Assembly (NCBI GenBank): GCA_051362555.1
Contig: CM120640.1
Location: 51,996,788-52,060,787 of the forward strand
DNA: 64,000 nt
From: Lingula anatina
Lineage: Eukaryota; Animalia; Brachiopoda
Direction: 5' to 3'
Position numbers and translations under genes: made by a program
Notes under the pieces: generated by a model
What the model saw: only the letters and a program-made list of their open reading frames with translations
Databases searched by the model: none
What the model was told of the DNA's origin: nothing
Part shown: positions 27,638-39,893 of the stretch, one piece after another
Position numbering within the stretch: position 1 is the first letter of the stretch
Layout of the letters: each line of letters starts with the position of its first letter

Positions 27638-29841
27638 AACTAGAGGATCAGAGAGGCGATACCGCCTCCGAATATTGTACCACCAGCTGGAGCAAGCGCA
27701 TTCATATAGACCCCCACATATACAAAATAAGGAACACAGCCACCAGTCTTGTGCTTGACAAGCTGTAAAAATGCAATCAACAAGAATTTTCAAAATATGC
27801 AAAAAATATATATATTACTAAAAATGGTACAATCAAAGTTAAGTTCATCGCAAGGTAGGTCAAAGGTCAATTCCAAGGTCACAGTAAATTGCCAGTATAT
27901 GACTTCCTATTCAACTTCAATAGTAACTATGGGCCTATCTCTGCCAGGTTTGGAGTTAAAAGAGAAAGAAATTAGCAGAGTTCAGTTCATGATAATAAGT
28001 AGGTCAAAGGTCAATTTCAAGGTCACACTTAGATTGCCAGTATATGACTTCCTATTCACGTTCAATAGTAACTATGGACCTATCTCTGCCAGTTTTGGAG
28101 ATAAAGGGGAAGCAAACTATGCAAAGTTCAGTTCATGGTGAAAAGTAGGTCAAAGGTCAATTTTAAGGTCACATTTAGATTGCCAGTATATGACTTCCTA
28201 TTCAACTTCAACAGTAACTATGGACCTATCTCTGCCAGTTTTGGAGATAAAAGGGAAGCAAAATTTGCAAAGTTCAGTTCATGGTGAAAAGTAGGTCAAA
28301 GGTCAATTTTAAGGTCACATTTAGATTGCCAGTATATGACTTCCTATTCAAGTTCAATAGAAACTATGGACCTATCTCTGCCAGTTTTGGAGATAAACGG
28401 AAGCAAAATTTGCAAAGTTCAGTTCATGGTGAAAAGTAGGTCAAAGGTCAATTTTAAGGTCACATTTAGATTGCCAGTATATGACTTCCTATTCAACTTC
28501 AATAGTAACTATGGACCTATCTCTGCCAGTTTTGGAGATAAAAGGGAAGCAAAATTTGCAAAGTTCAGTTCATGGTGAAAAGTAGGTCAAAGGTCAATTT
28601 TAAGGTCACATTTAGATTGCCAGTATATGACTTCCTATTCAAGTTCAATAGAAACTATGGACCTATCTCTGCCAGTTTTGGAGATAAAAAGGAAGCAAAA
28701 TTTGCAAAGTTCAGTTCATGGTGAAAAGTAGGTCAAAGGTCAATTTTAAGGTCACATTTAGATTGCCAGTGTATGACTTCCTATTCAAGTTCAATAGTAA
28801 CTATGGACCTATCTCTGCCAGTTTTGGAGATATAAGGGACTAAAAGTTATAATTTTGGAGTTACCATAATGTGCCATAAATTTCCTACAAAAAAAATTAA
28901 TTAAAATAAAGAAAAGGTCATTTTGGTCAAAATTCTTGAAATGGGAGGTGCTCTGAAATTCCAGATGTTCAAATTTGATGAAATAATGTCATTTTTGACC
29001 ACAAGTTGTCTGCTTTGCCAAGCCTTATGTTTTATTTTTCCGGAGTTCAAAATTTATTATCCATTACCGTACTGCACATTTTGCTTTCACCACCAATATG
29101 TACTTTTTGATACAGCGTAACTCGAAAACCGTATGGAATACAAAAAAACGGAGACCACCTCCAGTGTTGGGCTTTACATGCTCTACAAAATGCAAAAAAG
29201 AATGGGTGTCTAGCATTAACGGTTCCCGAATTAGAGACAGTTTTCAGTTTCGATATCTTATGGCCGCTACTCCCATGAAAATGCACCGATTGACCCCAAA
29301 TTCACGGAGATGAAAGATGACCTGAAGGGTAACACTTTTCATTAATATTATTAGTTAAGTCTGTGTGGTGTCTGAATAAGACCGCAAATAATTTTTTTTT
29401 CGGCAAAAATTTTGTTTTTTTGAAAATTTTGGCCCGTTTGACCTTAAAATAAAGGTCAAAGGTCAAATCCAAGGGCATATTTGAAATCTACACATATGAC
29501 TTTTGGAAAGCTGTCTGTAGAAATTTTTCCCATAATTCCTTCTGTAGGGGAGATAATTAGCATTTAATTTTGCCATTTTTGGACAAGGGTGCATTGCAAT
29601 GAGTGCCACACCTAGACCCCAATACCGACAAAGCCCAAATTTTACGTGGAACGAGTTGAGATTATAGGTGACCTAAATCCAAGAGATGGGTATGGAGGCC
29701 CTTACCATCTAGGAGGAGAAGCGGTAACGGTGACTTGGCGGCGGAGCCGCAGGAGCCGCAGGAGCCGCAGGAGCCGGCGGAACATACGGGTCGGGACTAA
29801 AACCATGTGTACCGCCAGCGCCTACGCTGGTGGTACAATTA
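27638..29841 (-). mobile_element. Helentron-associated non-autonomous element (HINE-like), copy 1, in intron 1 of the nuclear receptor gene
   Basis: Subterminal inverted repeats attgtaccaccagc / gctggtggtacaat; end hairpins gtaccgccagcg-ccta-cgctggtggtac and gaggcg-atac-cgcctc; (gcaggagcc)n microsatellite; internal 146-bp array. A highly similar inverted copy lies at 47591-49606. Confidence 0.85.
27840..28840. repeat. Tandem array of ~7 x 146-bp units inside HINE copy 1
   Basis: AGGTCAAAGGTCA starts at 27857, 28001, 28147, 28293, 28438, 28584 and 28730 (spacing 144-146). Confidence 0.95.
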
Positions 29842-31118
29842 ACTGAAGCATTCTTTGTATTGTTATTACTTTTTCAGTCTTCTGTGGTAGCTATTTCAGC
29901 TTGCAACTTCTGTATTATACAAGGACAGGTCAGAGATATAAAACAATGGCCATGCTTGATGAAAGTCAGGCAAGCAGATGTATTCTAAATGACTGGCTAG
30001 TCATTTAGAACTAAATTATTGAATTAAAAATTAAATTTAATTTCTAACCCAAGTGCAGGGACAGGTCGAGCAATAGAGTAGGAGAAAATTGTTTTTCCCA
30101 TAAGGAAAATCCATTCTGGCCGGAAAATCCTGCATAGAGTGAACTTAAATTATATGACCAAAAGGTCTGTTGAGAACATCTGCATATGTACATATATACT
30201 GTGTTAATCTTTGTTTATCAAACAAAAATCTATCCATTAAACATCACTTTGCTTAGACCTTGTATGATTCTCTATCTGAAACAAAACCATAAAAAACATA
30301 TCCCACAGAAGATATGAGTGACAATCAACATGAGAAAGAGGAAATTTTTCAGCATGTGCTTTACAATTTTCATCTATGATAAAAATTACAATTTTGATGC
30401 TTGCTTCAGTTAAAAGATAATAAAATTTTCAATTTTTAATCTACTTGCATAAAATATTCACTGCATTTTGCCTGAAGCCAATTCTACATTATCAACCCCT
30501 AGCATTAGTATCTATTTTATTTCATACTCACTATGGTGTCAAAATTTGATGAAATTAAAAAAGATAAACAAGAGATGAACTTCAATTATTATTGTTACCA
30601 CTACTTTTCCAGCTGTAAACTTCTCCATTTTCCCTTGCCTCTCAACTTTTGAAGTAACATACAGCAGAATAGCCAAAAATGTTGCTGCTGACAACCTATT
30701 CACTCACATTACCATTTCACTTTACTACAAAACCATCACATCCATCAATCCCACCACTGTCGCTGATATAGCAGCTTTCAGTATATATAGTTTTCATCTC
30801 ATCTTAATGATTTTGCTGTAACCATGGCACACTTAGCACATATGCAGAAAACACAGTGCTTTAGACAGAAAATGTGTACTACCTGAGCCCAATATAGGCA
30901 ACAAAACAAAAGGGAATATAATCAATCAGGTAAACATGCAACCCAACAAAATAATGTATTCTAAAATCCATGGCCACGTAGCCTCATAAGAATAAAAGGG
31001 ATTATAATATTAAAATTTTACATTTTCGCTAAAACAACATAATCTTTGTCAATGCAACAGACAAGTACCCGCTCATTACTATAGTGACAGGGGGACCTCA
31101 GAGCGGACGACATTTCAT

Positions 31119-31126
31119 TGACGTCA
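31119..31126. promoter_or_regulatory. Palindromic CRE motif TGACGTCA ~200 bp into intron 1 of the nuclear receptor gene
   Basis: Exact consensus in a locally CpG-richer patch near the predicted first exon. Function untested. Confidence 0.35.
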
Positions 31127-31323
31127 ACTTGCCCTTGGCCTCTTTCTAGGCCACTGGGTGCTTGGCATTTACGGCTGTACATTTTTACCATGAGTAGTCA
31201 AACTAACACTTATACACACTTCACATGTTCAACAATTAACAAGTTATCAAATCAAAATAATATAATGGCAAAAAGTCATATTCTGAAGATTATTAAAAAG
31301 TTTTCTGCCAATCTCCACCTTAC

Positions 31324-31332
31324 CTCCGCCAT
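31324..31332 (-). CDS. Nuclear receptor: predicted first coding exon (Met-Ala-Glu)
   Basis: Minus strand ggaagtaagtaaacagtATGGCGGAG|gtaagg. Strong donor, phase 0, joins in frame to exon 22157-22234, giving 418-aa (A) and 421-aa (B) proteins. Confidence 0.6.
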
Positions 31333-31540
31333 ACTGTTTACTTACTTCCTATACTCTTAATCACTTATGTTTGGCACATTAAAAATAAAAAAAATATATT
31401 TAAAAAACTTATCTCTACATTTTTTACAACTATAAGTGTTGATAACTAAAAAGCCGCATTTTCAATGAAAATTTGATGATTTCCTTTTCGATGTCTATCT
31501 AAAACAACCTCATTAAACAGATTTAGTTTAAGAGTAATTA

Positions 31541-31555
31541 TCAAGGTCAAGGTCA
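31541..31555 (+). promoter_or_regulatory. TCAAGGTCAAGGTCA: two overlapping extended nuclear-receptor half-sites (DR0) ~210 bp upstream of the predicted start codon
   Basis: Exact TCAAGGTCA (ERR/FTZ-F1-type monomer site) twice. Function inferred only. Confidence 0.35.
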
Positions 31556-31741
31556 TTATGGTATGCTAGCAGGTTAGTCGGCATTTTTATCTCTTAGAAG
31601 GTACACGTGAAAAACTGGTGAATGACAGCCAACTAGTGTGTTCACCACAGTGCGGAAGCTCACATATCGCTCGCTTACTGAAGTCGAACACTGCTGTCAT
31701 TGAACAGTTATGTGCACCTATATCTTTCATCTGTTAGCAAA

Positions 31742-32755
31742 TGCACTAAATATCGGAGACCGTGTTAAACACCCAAACCCAATGTAGAGGTGCAATTGAT
31801 GTCACAAGCATGTTATTAAAAATATTTACTGCACAGATTGCTAACTGTGTTTGATAATTTTAGGGTCCCACATGAAGAAGCTTGTATAAAAGTTTCACTC
31901 TCCTGGAACCATGAATAATTAAAAATAATTCATCGTTTAACCCCAAAAAGGAACATACGTTACTGTCACAAACACAAAACGTCCAACTGTGAAACGTTCT
32001 ACTGACTTTGAAAATTCAGTCATCACTGGTTTTGTTCATTGATTTATCTCCTACAAGTATAACGTTGCTAAAAATTATAATAATCTTCTATATAGACCAG
32101 TTAATTGTATTTGAGCGACTTTAGTTTGCTTGTCACAGGATATTAAAAAATGGGGAAAATACACCCTACCAACAGTAAAATAAGCATCAAATAAACATGT
32201 TTCCCTTCATGATCCAAAGATTATAGTAGAAATGTCAAACTATCATGGAACCACAATATATAGTTCGGTCAGCAAAAGAAAACATTGTATCTCTTGCACA
32301 CAAGTACTTGAACAAAATGAAACATTTAGACACTATTTCTAGGGAACATACCTTACCTAGCATAAGCCATGACGCAAAGCCCCTTGAGAAACAGTTAAAA
32401 TATTTATAAAAACGTCCTTACGTCATGTCTAATTTACCATGACTGAACCACTAAAAAACATATCGGAACGCGGCATATTTATGAAAATTAAATGGCAAGA
32501 ACATACGTTACCGTACGTTTTTTGGAACATACGTTACCATATAGGGCTCTTTGCGTAATGTTAAAGATATGGTAAAAATTCAAAATTGAATATCAGTTGA
32601 GACAGTCGTGGATTTTTGTTCTATACACATATATGTTTTGAAATATTGAATACAATTTTGAATTCAGTCATATTTATTTTTGGACACTTCAGCATGTGAA
32701 ATGCACCTCTATATTGGGTTTGGGTGTAAAGCATAGTCTATGAAATATTTGTGCA
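31742..32755. mobile_element. Decayed DNA-transposon-like segment bounded by ~60-bp inverted repeats
   Basis: acacccaaacccaatgtagaggtgca (~31769) versus tgcacctctatattgggtttgggtgt (~32702). Four internal GAACATAC(G/C)TTAC motifs at ~31951, 32344, 32499 and 32525. Confidence 0.55.
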
Positions 32756-32894
32756 ATATATAGCTCTATAATCACTTATGGATCTTATACGAGAAACTCG
32801 ATGTTTTCAATGGGAAAAATTGTGAAATTTACAAATAATTTAAATCTGTTATAATAAAAATTTAAACTAAAAACATTCCTTTGATTGAGTTGTT

Positions 32895-32896
<2 letters not shown>

Positions 32897-32943
<47 letters not shown>
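32897..32943. repeat. Poly(A) run (~47 nt)
   Basis: Direct reading. Confidence 0.9.
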
Positions 32944-32945
<2 letters not shown>

Positions 32946-34292
32946 AAAAGCAGGCTACCCTACAGTTCTGTTTTACCTTTGAAGTGAAAGCATCAAATAA
33001 AACAGGCTGTTTTTTTTTTTTTTAATTCAAGCTGCTTTATTAGTCCTAAGAATTTTTCTTGTAAGTTTGAGGATCATCTGTACTAGTAAACTCCTAGCGT
33101 TAAACTTAAAGACAAACAAGGTGTGTTAGATCATTATGTAGGGACAGATTTGAAGCAAAACGTTATAAGTATTTCTGTGGCAGGAGATTTATTATTATTA
33201 TTATTTATATGTATTCTCACCGAGCTGTTTCAACATTCTGAATAAAATATTAGGAAGCAAACAATCTTATGGCTCTTTTCACAACTAATTGAGCTGCGGA
33301 TCAAATGTGGCATAACCCGACTTGAAAGCTTGGCCGTTGGGAAACAATTACTAGTAGGAAATTATGTAGCAAGCTTTGATATGCAGTTCAGTTTGTTAGC
33401 AGATCAACCACAAGCAGTGATGATTGACATGCTGTAGAAGATATTTAATTTACTCATAAAAATATTATCATAAGAAAAACATGACATGTGATAGTACTGT
33501 GAAATATGATAAATTGCCAATTTGTACACATGCATTCCCTATGCAAACATTCAGCATAGAAGGTAATTTAGAGTTAACCAAGATGGAGACTAAAGCCCAA
33601 GTTCAGATCTGGGTTTATGTGAAGTGCAGTCAGGGCTATGTTAGAAAATTTCACCACTGTGAAACCGTTGTCAGGCATAAACTGAGGTTGAAATTCAGTC
33701 TGAATGGCCAACATGGAATATCAATTTAAATCCAGTTTTTACTCAGAAAATGCAATAATATTCAGCCTCTTGATACAATGTAAATTAATGTGTTGATGAC
33801 TTGAAGCAAAATACATGTGGTGCCTTTTACTGAGAGAATATACCGGTATGTCCCCAAAATACATCTTGTTTGTCATCTGTAATACCAGAATTCTTTAAGT
33901 CCAAATTTTTAGAAAAATCCTAAAAAGGTTCCTATAATTGAAGAAGGTTCATATAATCAAATATTATCCAACAATTGGAAGCTGTTTTTTTTTAATATTA
34001 GTATATATTAGTAAAATATAATATTACCTTTTTTGAGACTGACAAATTTGTACCAAAAGAGCACCATACTCTAGTTTTGCTTCCTGTCAGTAGATAAAAC
34101 ATTTGGAATTTTGTCAGGGAAAGATTTTTTATATCCTTTTTTTTTTTTTTGGTAATATAAAAGTTTTTTTTTAATTGCCTTGACCTATAAATGTAGTGGC
34201 CAAAATTAAAAGCAGGACAAACAGGAACCTTTTTGAATAGCTTGTGATGTTAGATGCAGTTAAATTCATAATTCCTTTTCTGTTTCATTATA

Positions 34293-34503
34293 GACTGGGT
34301 TCCCACAGATTTAGATCAACCCATCTGGATCGACCTAACTCCCTGGGGGTTCACGCTAAATTGTTGTCAGCTTCCGGGAGCTGAGCGCGCACAAAAGTTT
34401 ATTACCCCCTTACAGCTTTTAGTAGGTGGGGCAGACATTTAAGCCGGTTTTAAAAGCTGACAGCAATCTAGTGAGACTCCCCAGGGGGATAGATTGATCT
34501 AAA
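34293..34503. mobile_element. MITE, PIF/Harbinger-like family copy
   Basis: Shares ttccca.agatttagatc...attacccccttacagcttttagtag...gctgacag.aatctagtgagactcccc with 44536-44750. Internally palindromic. Confidence 0.75.
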
Positions 34504-37500
34504 AAGGAAAACCTCATATCATAGATGGAGCCGAGATTTAATGACTGTACCCCCGCAGGGATGACGCGTGGGGAGGCGTGTGAGAGGCAGAGAGACTATT
34601 AAAAGATTAGGCAGTTTTCCTTTCATGTATGTCCACCATATTTAGGTCGCAGCTTTGTAGAGCTTTGTAGCTCAACTCAATGTGAATGCGGCCTTAGACT
34701 ACAGATTTCTCAAGTCAGTCAGAAGTGATCACTGGATACTTGGCATTAACTGGTATCAGAATAATTTAGTTTAATATCTTTTTTTGAAACACAATTGAAA
34801 TGATGGTAATTAATTAAATAAAGATGCTCAACAACTTGCCTCTACAGGAAATGCCACATATGCAACCTCATATCATAGATGATTTATTAAACAAGAGTTC
34901 ATACATGTGCCGAACTGAAGAAAAGAAGGCCAGAGTTTGTGCTGATTACTTGAATGTTACACTGCTTACATTGGCATTTCTTCTCAAGAACTATTAAGTG
35001 ATGGGTGTGGACAAAATAATGTTTTATGTTTTAAATAGGAACGTAGCAATACACTGCAATACAGATGTAGAAGATATTTTTTGTTGTCTCAACTAAAACC
35101 ATAAGTGTAAATGTTGGATAGTGAACTCTACATTGTGGTTGTTGAGATTTATTCTTAGGTGTAACAGAATGGTCTCAACCTAGTCGCTCGGAATTACAAT
35201 GTGTTTCTCAGGAGATTTATTTGACAGGCAATGATGAAAGAGGGAAAAAAAAGAATACCTATGAAACGGTCTGTTTCACAGAAAGTCTGAAGTCACTTTT
35301 GGGAAGAGTTGGATCGCTCCAGCTAGTGCAGTGGGTTTATCTGAATGCTCCCTAAGTCTCTTATGACATCTGTCAGTGTCATTTTAGTCTATTTTGGATG
35401 ATCCCCATTTGTGATGCATTTTTAAAGAAAACATGAATGTATGTATATATATGTATGTTATTTCCCTTTGTTTTCAGAATTTCTAGATTATTTGTTCCGT
35501 TGGACAATTATTGTTGCTCAGTATTCAGTTATGAGTAAAAGTAAAGCCATTGGTAATTTTCAAATATCAGCATGAATTTCTGACTAAAACTATTTCTGTT
35601 TTTTCACTTTTTGTTTTAATCATTTGTTTTTTAGGTGCACTTTAATGGTTAATTTTCTGATACTTAAAAAATATATATTTTACAAATTGAAAGTGACGGA
35701 ATATCAAGGTTAGTAGTGATTGCAGGAAAAGGCTTCAGAATCAGGAAGTGTCAAATTAATAGATATTGTCATGAACATTCAATCTGAATTTTTGGATTTA
35801 ATTGAGAAATAATAGGTTTCTTTTATTAGAAATGATAGCTTGACGGCAGGTTGTTCAAGTATGTACATTTCAAATTCATGTACAAAATGGAACGCTTATA
35901 AAATAGAGGGAGACTCAAATCTGACATTGTATCCTGAAATTAATATTAATAGCGAGATCAATTTGATTAAAGGCATACATAGACAGTTTACAAGTCATAT
36001 CAAATATTGTAACTGAGTGATTTCCACCAAGGATGATTCTTGTTTTCACTTAGTTGAAAAAAGATTAAAAGTAATACTAATAGTTATGTTCAAGTCATTT
36101 GTTTCATGATAATTTTGGAGACATTCTCGGGTGTGTTTGACCCCCCCTTTTTTACATCATTGACTGAGTTCCTCTAATATTTTAGAGTCTGGTCATGTAG
36201 CCGTCACCTTGCATCTGTTGCCATTAGTGTGGCTGTTTTTCATCAACTATTTTTTTTTTTTTTTTTTGAAAATAATATTTTCAAAATTGTTGAAGCAGTC
36301 GTTAATCTTTTTTAGAGTGTTTTAATGTCTGCTCCTATCAATTTTGTCATTTTTAATTACATGTGTTTCCTATAAATTATTCTGTCTGTGTGACAGCTTA
36401 AGCTCCTTGTTTGATTAAAAAAAAAAAAAAACGGAGAAAATTGGAAAAGGAAATTAAAGATGAAAGTAAGATGTGAGACTGGAAATGTATAAGTATATTA
36501 AATTATGAAACTGTTTAGCTGTTGATGAAAAAATCCCATATTCAGATTCTGATTATACAGTATATACTCAGTAATTACCATGCATGATATTTGAACATAA
36601 CTTATTAAAAAAAGGAACTGTCTTAATACAATATTGAGATTTGAAGCAAAAAAATGTCTTGTGAGCAGAGGCAAGGAGAGATTGTGCAATGTTCCCTTTA
36701 CATTACCTTTTCTTTGAAGCCTTTGGCAAACAATTTGAATTGGTTGAATTGAAAGTTGATGTGCTATAAACTGAGTATTGTGCTGCCCTCAATAGGGAAG
36801 CACTCTCTCTAAAATTTCTGTCCACATAATTGAAAAGGTTGAAATATTTTGACTGATAATTTCTAAACTTGCAAAAAACAAAATCAGTATGTAGGACTCT
36901 TAGAAAGTAGGGACCTTTGTACTCAATAAATAAGTCAATAGAATGCAAACAAGAATGAATGTGTCAGCAATTGTTAAGTTGTTGAATATTGACAGTGAAA
37001 TTATCTGACACAGTTTTATCTATGGCAATTAAGCCAGCTTGGGCAAAATCAATACCTGGATATTGATTCCTAGGGCATTATGGGAAGTTTTAGCTGGTAT
37101 GCGAGTATATATGATGAAAGTGTAGGTTAATCAATAAAAGGGCCATAGGCTTTTGAATAATGCAGAAGTGGTGATACTGACAAGATCCCTGGCAAGTTGC
37201 ACAGGTAAAGTGCTTCATGTGAGTTTTTCTCTTATTTGTTGTAGGTGTGTCCCCTGAGAGCAGGTGGGTGGAAGGACCATGTAGTATATATATAAGGGAA
37301 ATGCTGGTAAGTGTATATGGGGCATGACACTGTGAGAAGACTGAGCGTTGTAAGCATGCAAAGATCAATACACTGTTACAGTGTTTAAATGTGAAAGCTG
37401 TTTGCAAATGAAAATGGTCAGCCATGATGGTAAATTCTCTATATGGAAGTTCCCATAAGAGTTGCTTTCTTCTGCAGAAGTTATTGTAATACAGGATGTC

Positions 37501-38119
37501 TAACAGGCCTTTAATTTAAACAAATACAATGCAGTGGATTCAAACTCCTTTGCTTTTATCACTGTTGTGATCTGTGGTCCCAGTGGTATACAAACTCGTC
37601 TATCTTATTACAGCCCAGCAATCAGTGTCAAAAAAATGAGTAACGCTGAATTTCCTTTGCTATCAAACAGAAAATACATGCAGTAGTTACTCAAAGTAGA
37701 TGGGTTTTTTTTGTTTAATGTTTACATAATATAAATTTCCAGAGAAAAATATTCATTGAGCTTATAGCATTAATGGTCATAAGACAATGCCATTAGTGCT
37801 TATATTATCATGGTGAGTATATGCAAGATAAGAGCACACGAACAGAATTTGTTACAGAAATAAAACTCTTGATTGATTGGTTAGTCAACCATGTCAGAGT
37901 AAAGATATCTTTCCAGGTCTTTCTCTAAAAACCACAGTTGTTTTGCAGTTAGAGTATTTAATTGTGAGTACTTGAATTTCATTGCCAGCTGAATACATTG
38001 GATTTAGTAACAAACAGCACAGAATACTCATTTAATCATATATTTGTCTATGCCTTTATTGCGTCCTATCTATATCATAATATTTTTGTTGATTTATATA
38101 TCTGTTTCACTATTTCCAG

Positions 38120-38202
38120 CTTTGACAGTCTTCAGACCTATAGAAGAGGATAGTCATACAACCAAACTAAAGGCAGCATTTTCTTCAATTTGAGCTTATC
38201 TG
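38120..38202 (+). other. Candidate 5'-UTR exon of complexin
   Basis: ttcactatttccag| ... CTG|gtaagt canonical splice pair upstream of the ATG-containing exon (acceptor at 39714). Confidence 0.4.
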
Positions 38203-38613
38203 GTAAGTGAGCTTTGTGTGCTTATATTTAGTCTGTAAAATGACAGCTACTTAGGACATCCGTCAAATAGTCAGATTTGTTTAGGAATAACATAGTAATC
38301 ATTGAATGCTCATTAATTTGACAGATGAATTAAAATGTATTGGAGGTTGTTTTGTCATTATTTATGTTTACAAAAACAGGGATTTGAAGTATTAGAATCA
38401 GTAGAGTGGTTATGTAACTTTACCTCTGAAGAGATGCCTGTGTGTTGTATTTTGTGGTTTCTGGCAATTGTTGTTTAAAAGGTTTCCATTAGATTTGATT
38501 CAAATAACAAGTGTATGATATACTATAGCTAGATTCCTTTCAATATAGACATGTTATATGTTTAGTTATTTTACAAGTACAAGAGGCCATTTATTTGGTA
38601 ACAGTGATCTCTT

Positions 38614-38666
<53 letters not shown>
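38614..38666. repeat. (CT)n(CA)n compound microsatellite
   Basis: Direct reading. Confidence 0.9.
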
Positions 38667-38672
<6 letters not shown>

Positions 38673-39838
38673 TGTACAGTTTGTGCAGGCTGTGATAGTG
38701 TAATAAGTGTGCAAGATGGATATTTGGGTCTAAATTTTTGGTGATATTTTGTCTCTGTGATTATATACAGACATTATTTGTCTGTATATTTGCTGTTCAC
38801 TGTATCTGCCCTGGGAAAAAAATGAAAGTTCCTTTAGAATATCAATATGACCAGTGTTTTTTAAGGCAGTTACTGAATATTTTTATTTATTTATTTATTC
38901 ATTTATTTATTTATTTTCTTTTATCTGTATTTTGGTGACATTCACCCTATATCTGCCAAAGCATGTTTTTGTTTTACTTCAAATCTTTTGAGTATCTATG
39001 TTAAGTAAAAAGACTTGATCCTTTTTATAATTGCCATGATTGGATAATTTTCATGAAAGTTGTTTTCATTTTGTATTTTAGTAACAATTGCCCCATAAGT
39101 GCCAAACTGTATTTGTTACTTTATTTCAGATTTCGTAAGTGGCTTTGTTAATAAAATTGTTGGTTTATTTAATTTTTGCTTTATTAACACATTTTGTGGT
39201 CTTTCGCAATCCTGTTTTCCAGTTTTTTAAAACACACATGTAACTTCTGAGAATTTTACCAGTGGGTAGTGTCATGTGAGAATTGTATCAGAATTGAATC
39301 TTGTTTTAAGTTACTGAAAGTAACCTATTCCAGTTCTTTTACTCATTTCAATATTTCAGTTGTTTCATTTTGTGTAAAATTTGTGAATTGCAATTTCAGT
39401 TGAAGAACTAAGCCTGTACACTCGTTTTAGGTTGATAACTTTTGTAAAATAGTATGTTCAGTACAAAAGAAGCTGTCATGTTTTGGAAAGCATGAAGTTG
39501 CTCACTGTAAACATTGAAAACTTAACATTTTTTATTCAGTATTTACTGGAATATGCCTGTTTATGTTAAAATGAAGCAATGGGAATGACTTTTTCAGTAA
39601 AGTGTCTGTATATTTGCCAGCTTCGCTGTCTAATTTATGTTTTGAGTTTTAGCATCCATAATTTTAAAGATTTTTTTTTCTCATTTTACTTCTATTTCTT
39701 TATTTTTGCACAGATTATGATGCTGTAATGTGAAGTAGTGAGAGCTGGCACACATCATCCACCAGTATATATCTCTAATCAACTTGAGTGCAATATACAT
39801 ATTGATAATACATCAGGGAAATAAAGTGGCTGATCAAG

Positions 39839-39893
39839 ATGGCTGCATTCATAGCCAAACAACTTGTTGGTAATAAGCTGGAGTCCGTAAAGG
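39839..39893 (+). CDS. cpx: Complexin (synaphin) coding exon 1
   Basis: MAAFIAKQLVGNKLESVK(G), the classic invertebrate complexin N-terminus. Donor G|gtaagc; exon acceptor ttttgcacag at 39713. Confidence 0.95.

Noticed and set aside
27749-29846. ORFs within the 146-bp arrays and element body, also 48102-49495; CRISPR-like appearance of the arrays
   Set aside because: Translations of a non-coding tandem repeat. Units are contiguous with no unique spacers, and the DNA is eukaryotic.
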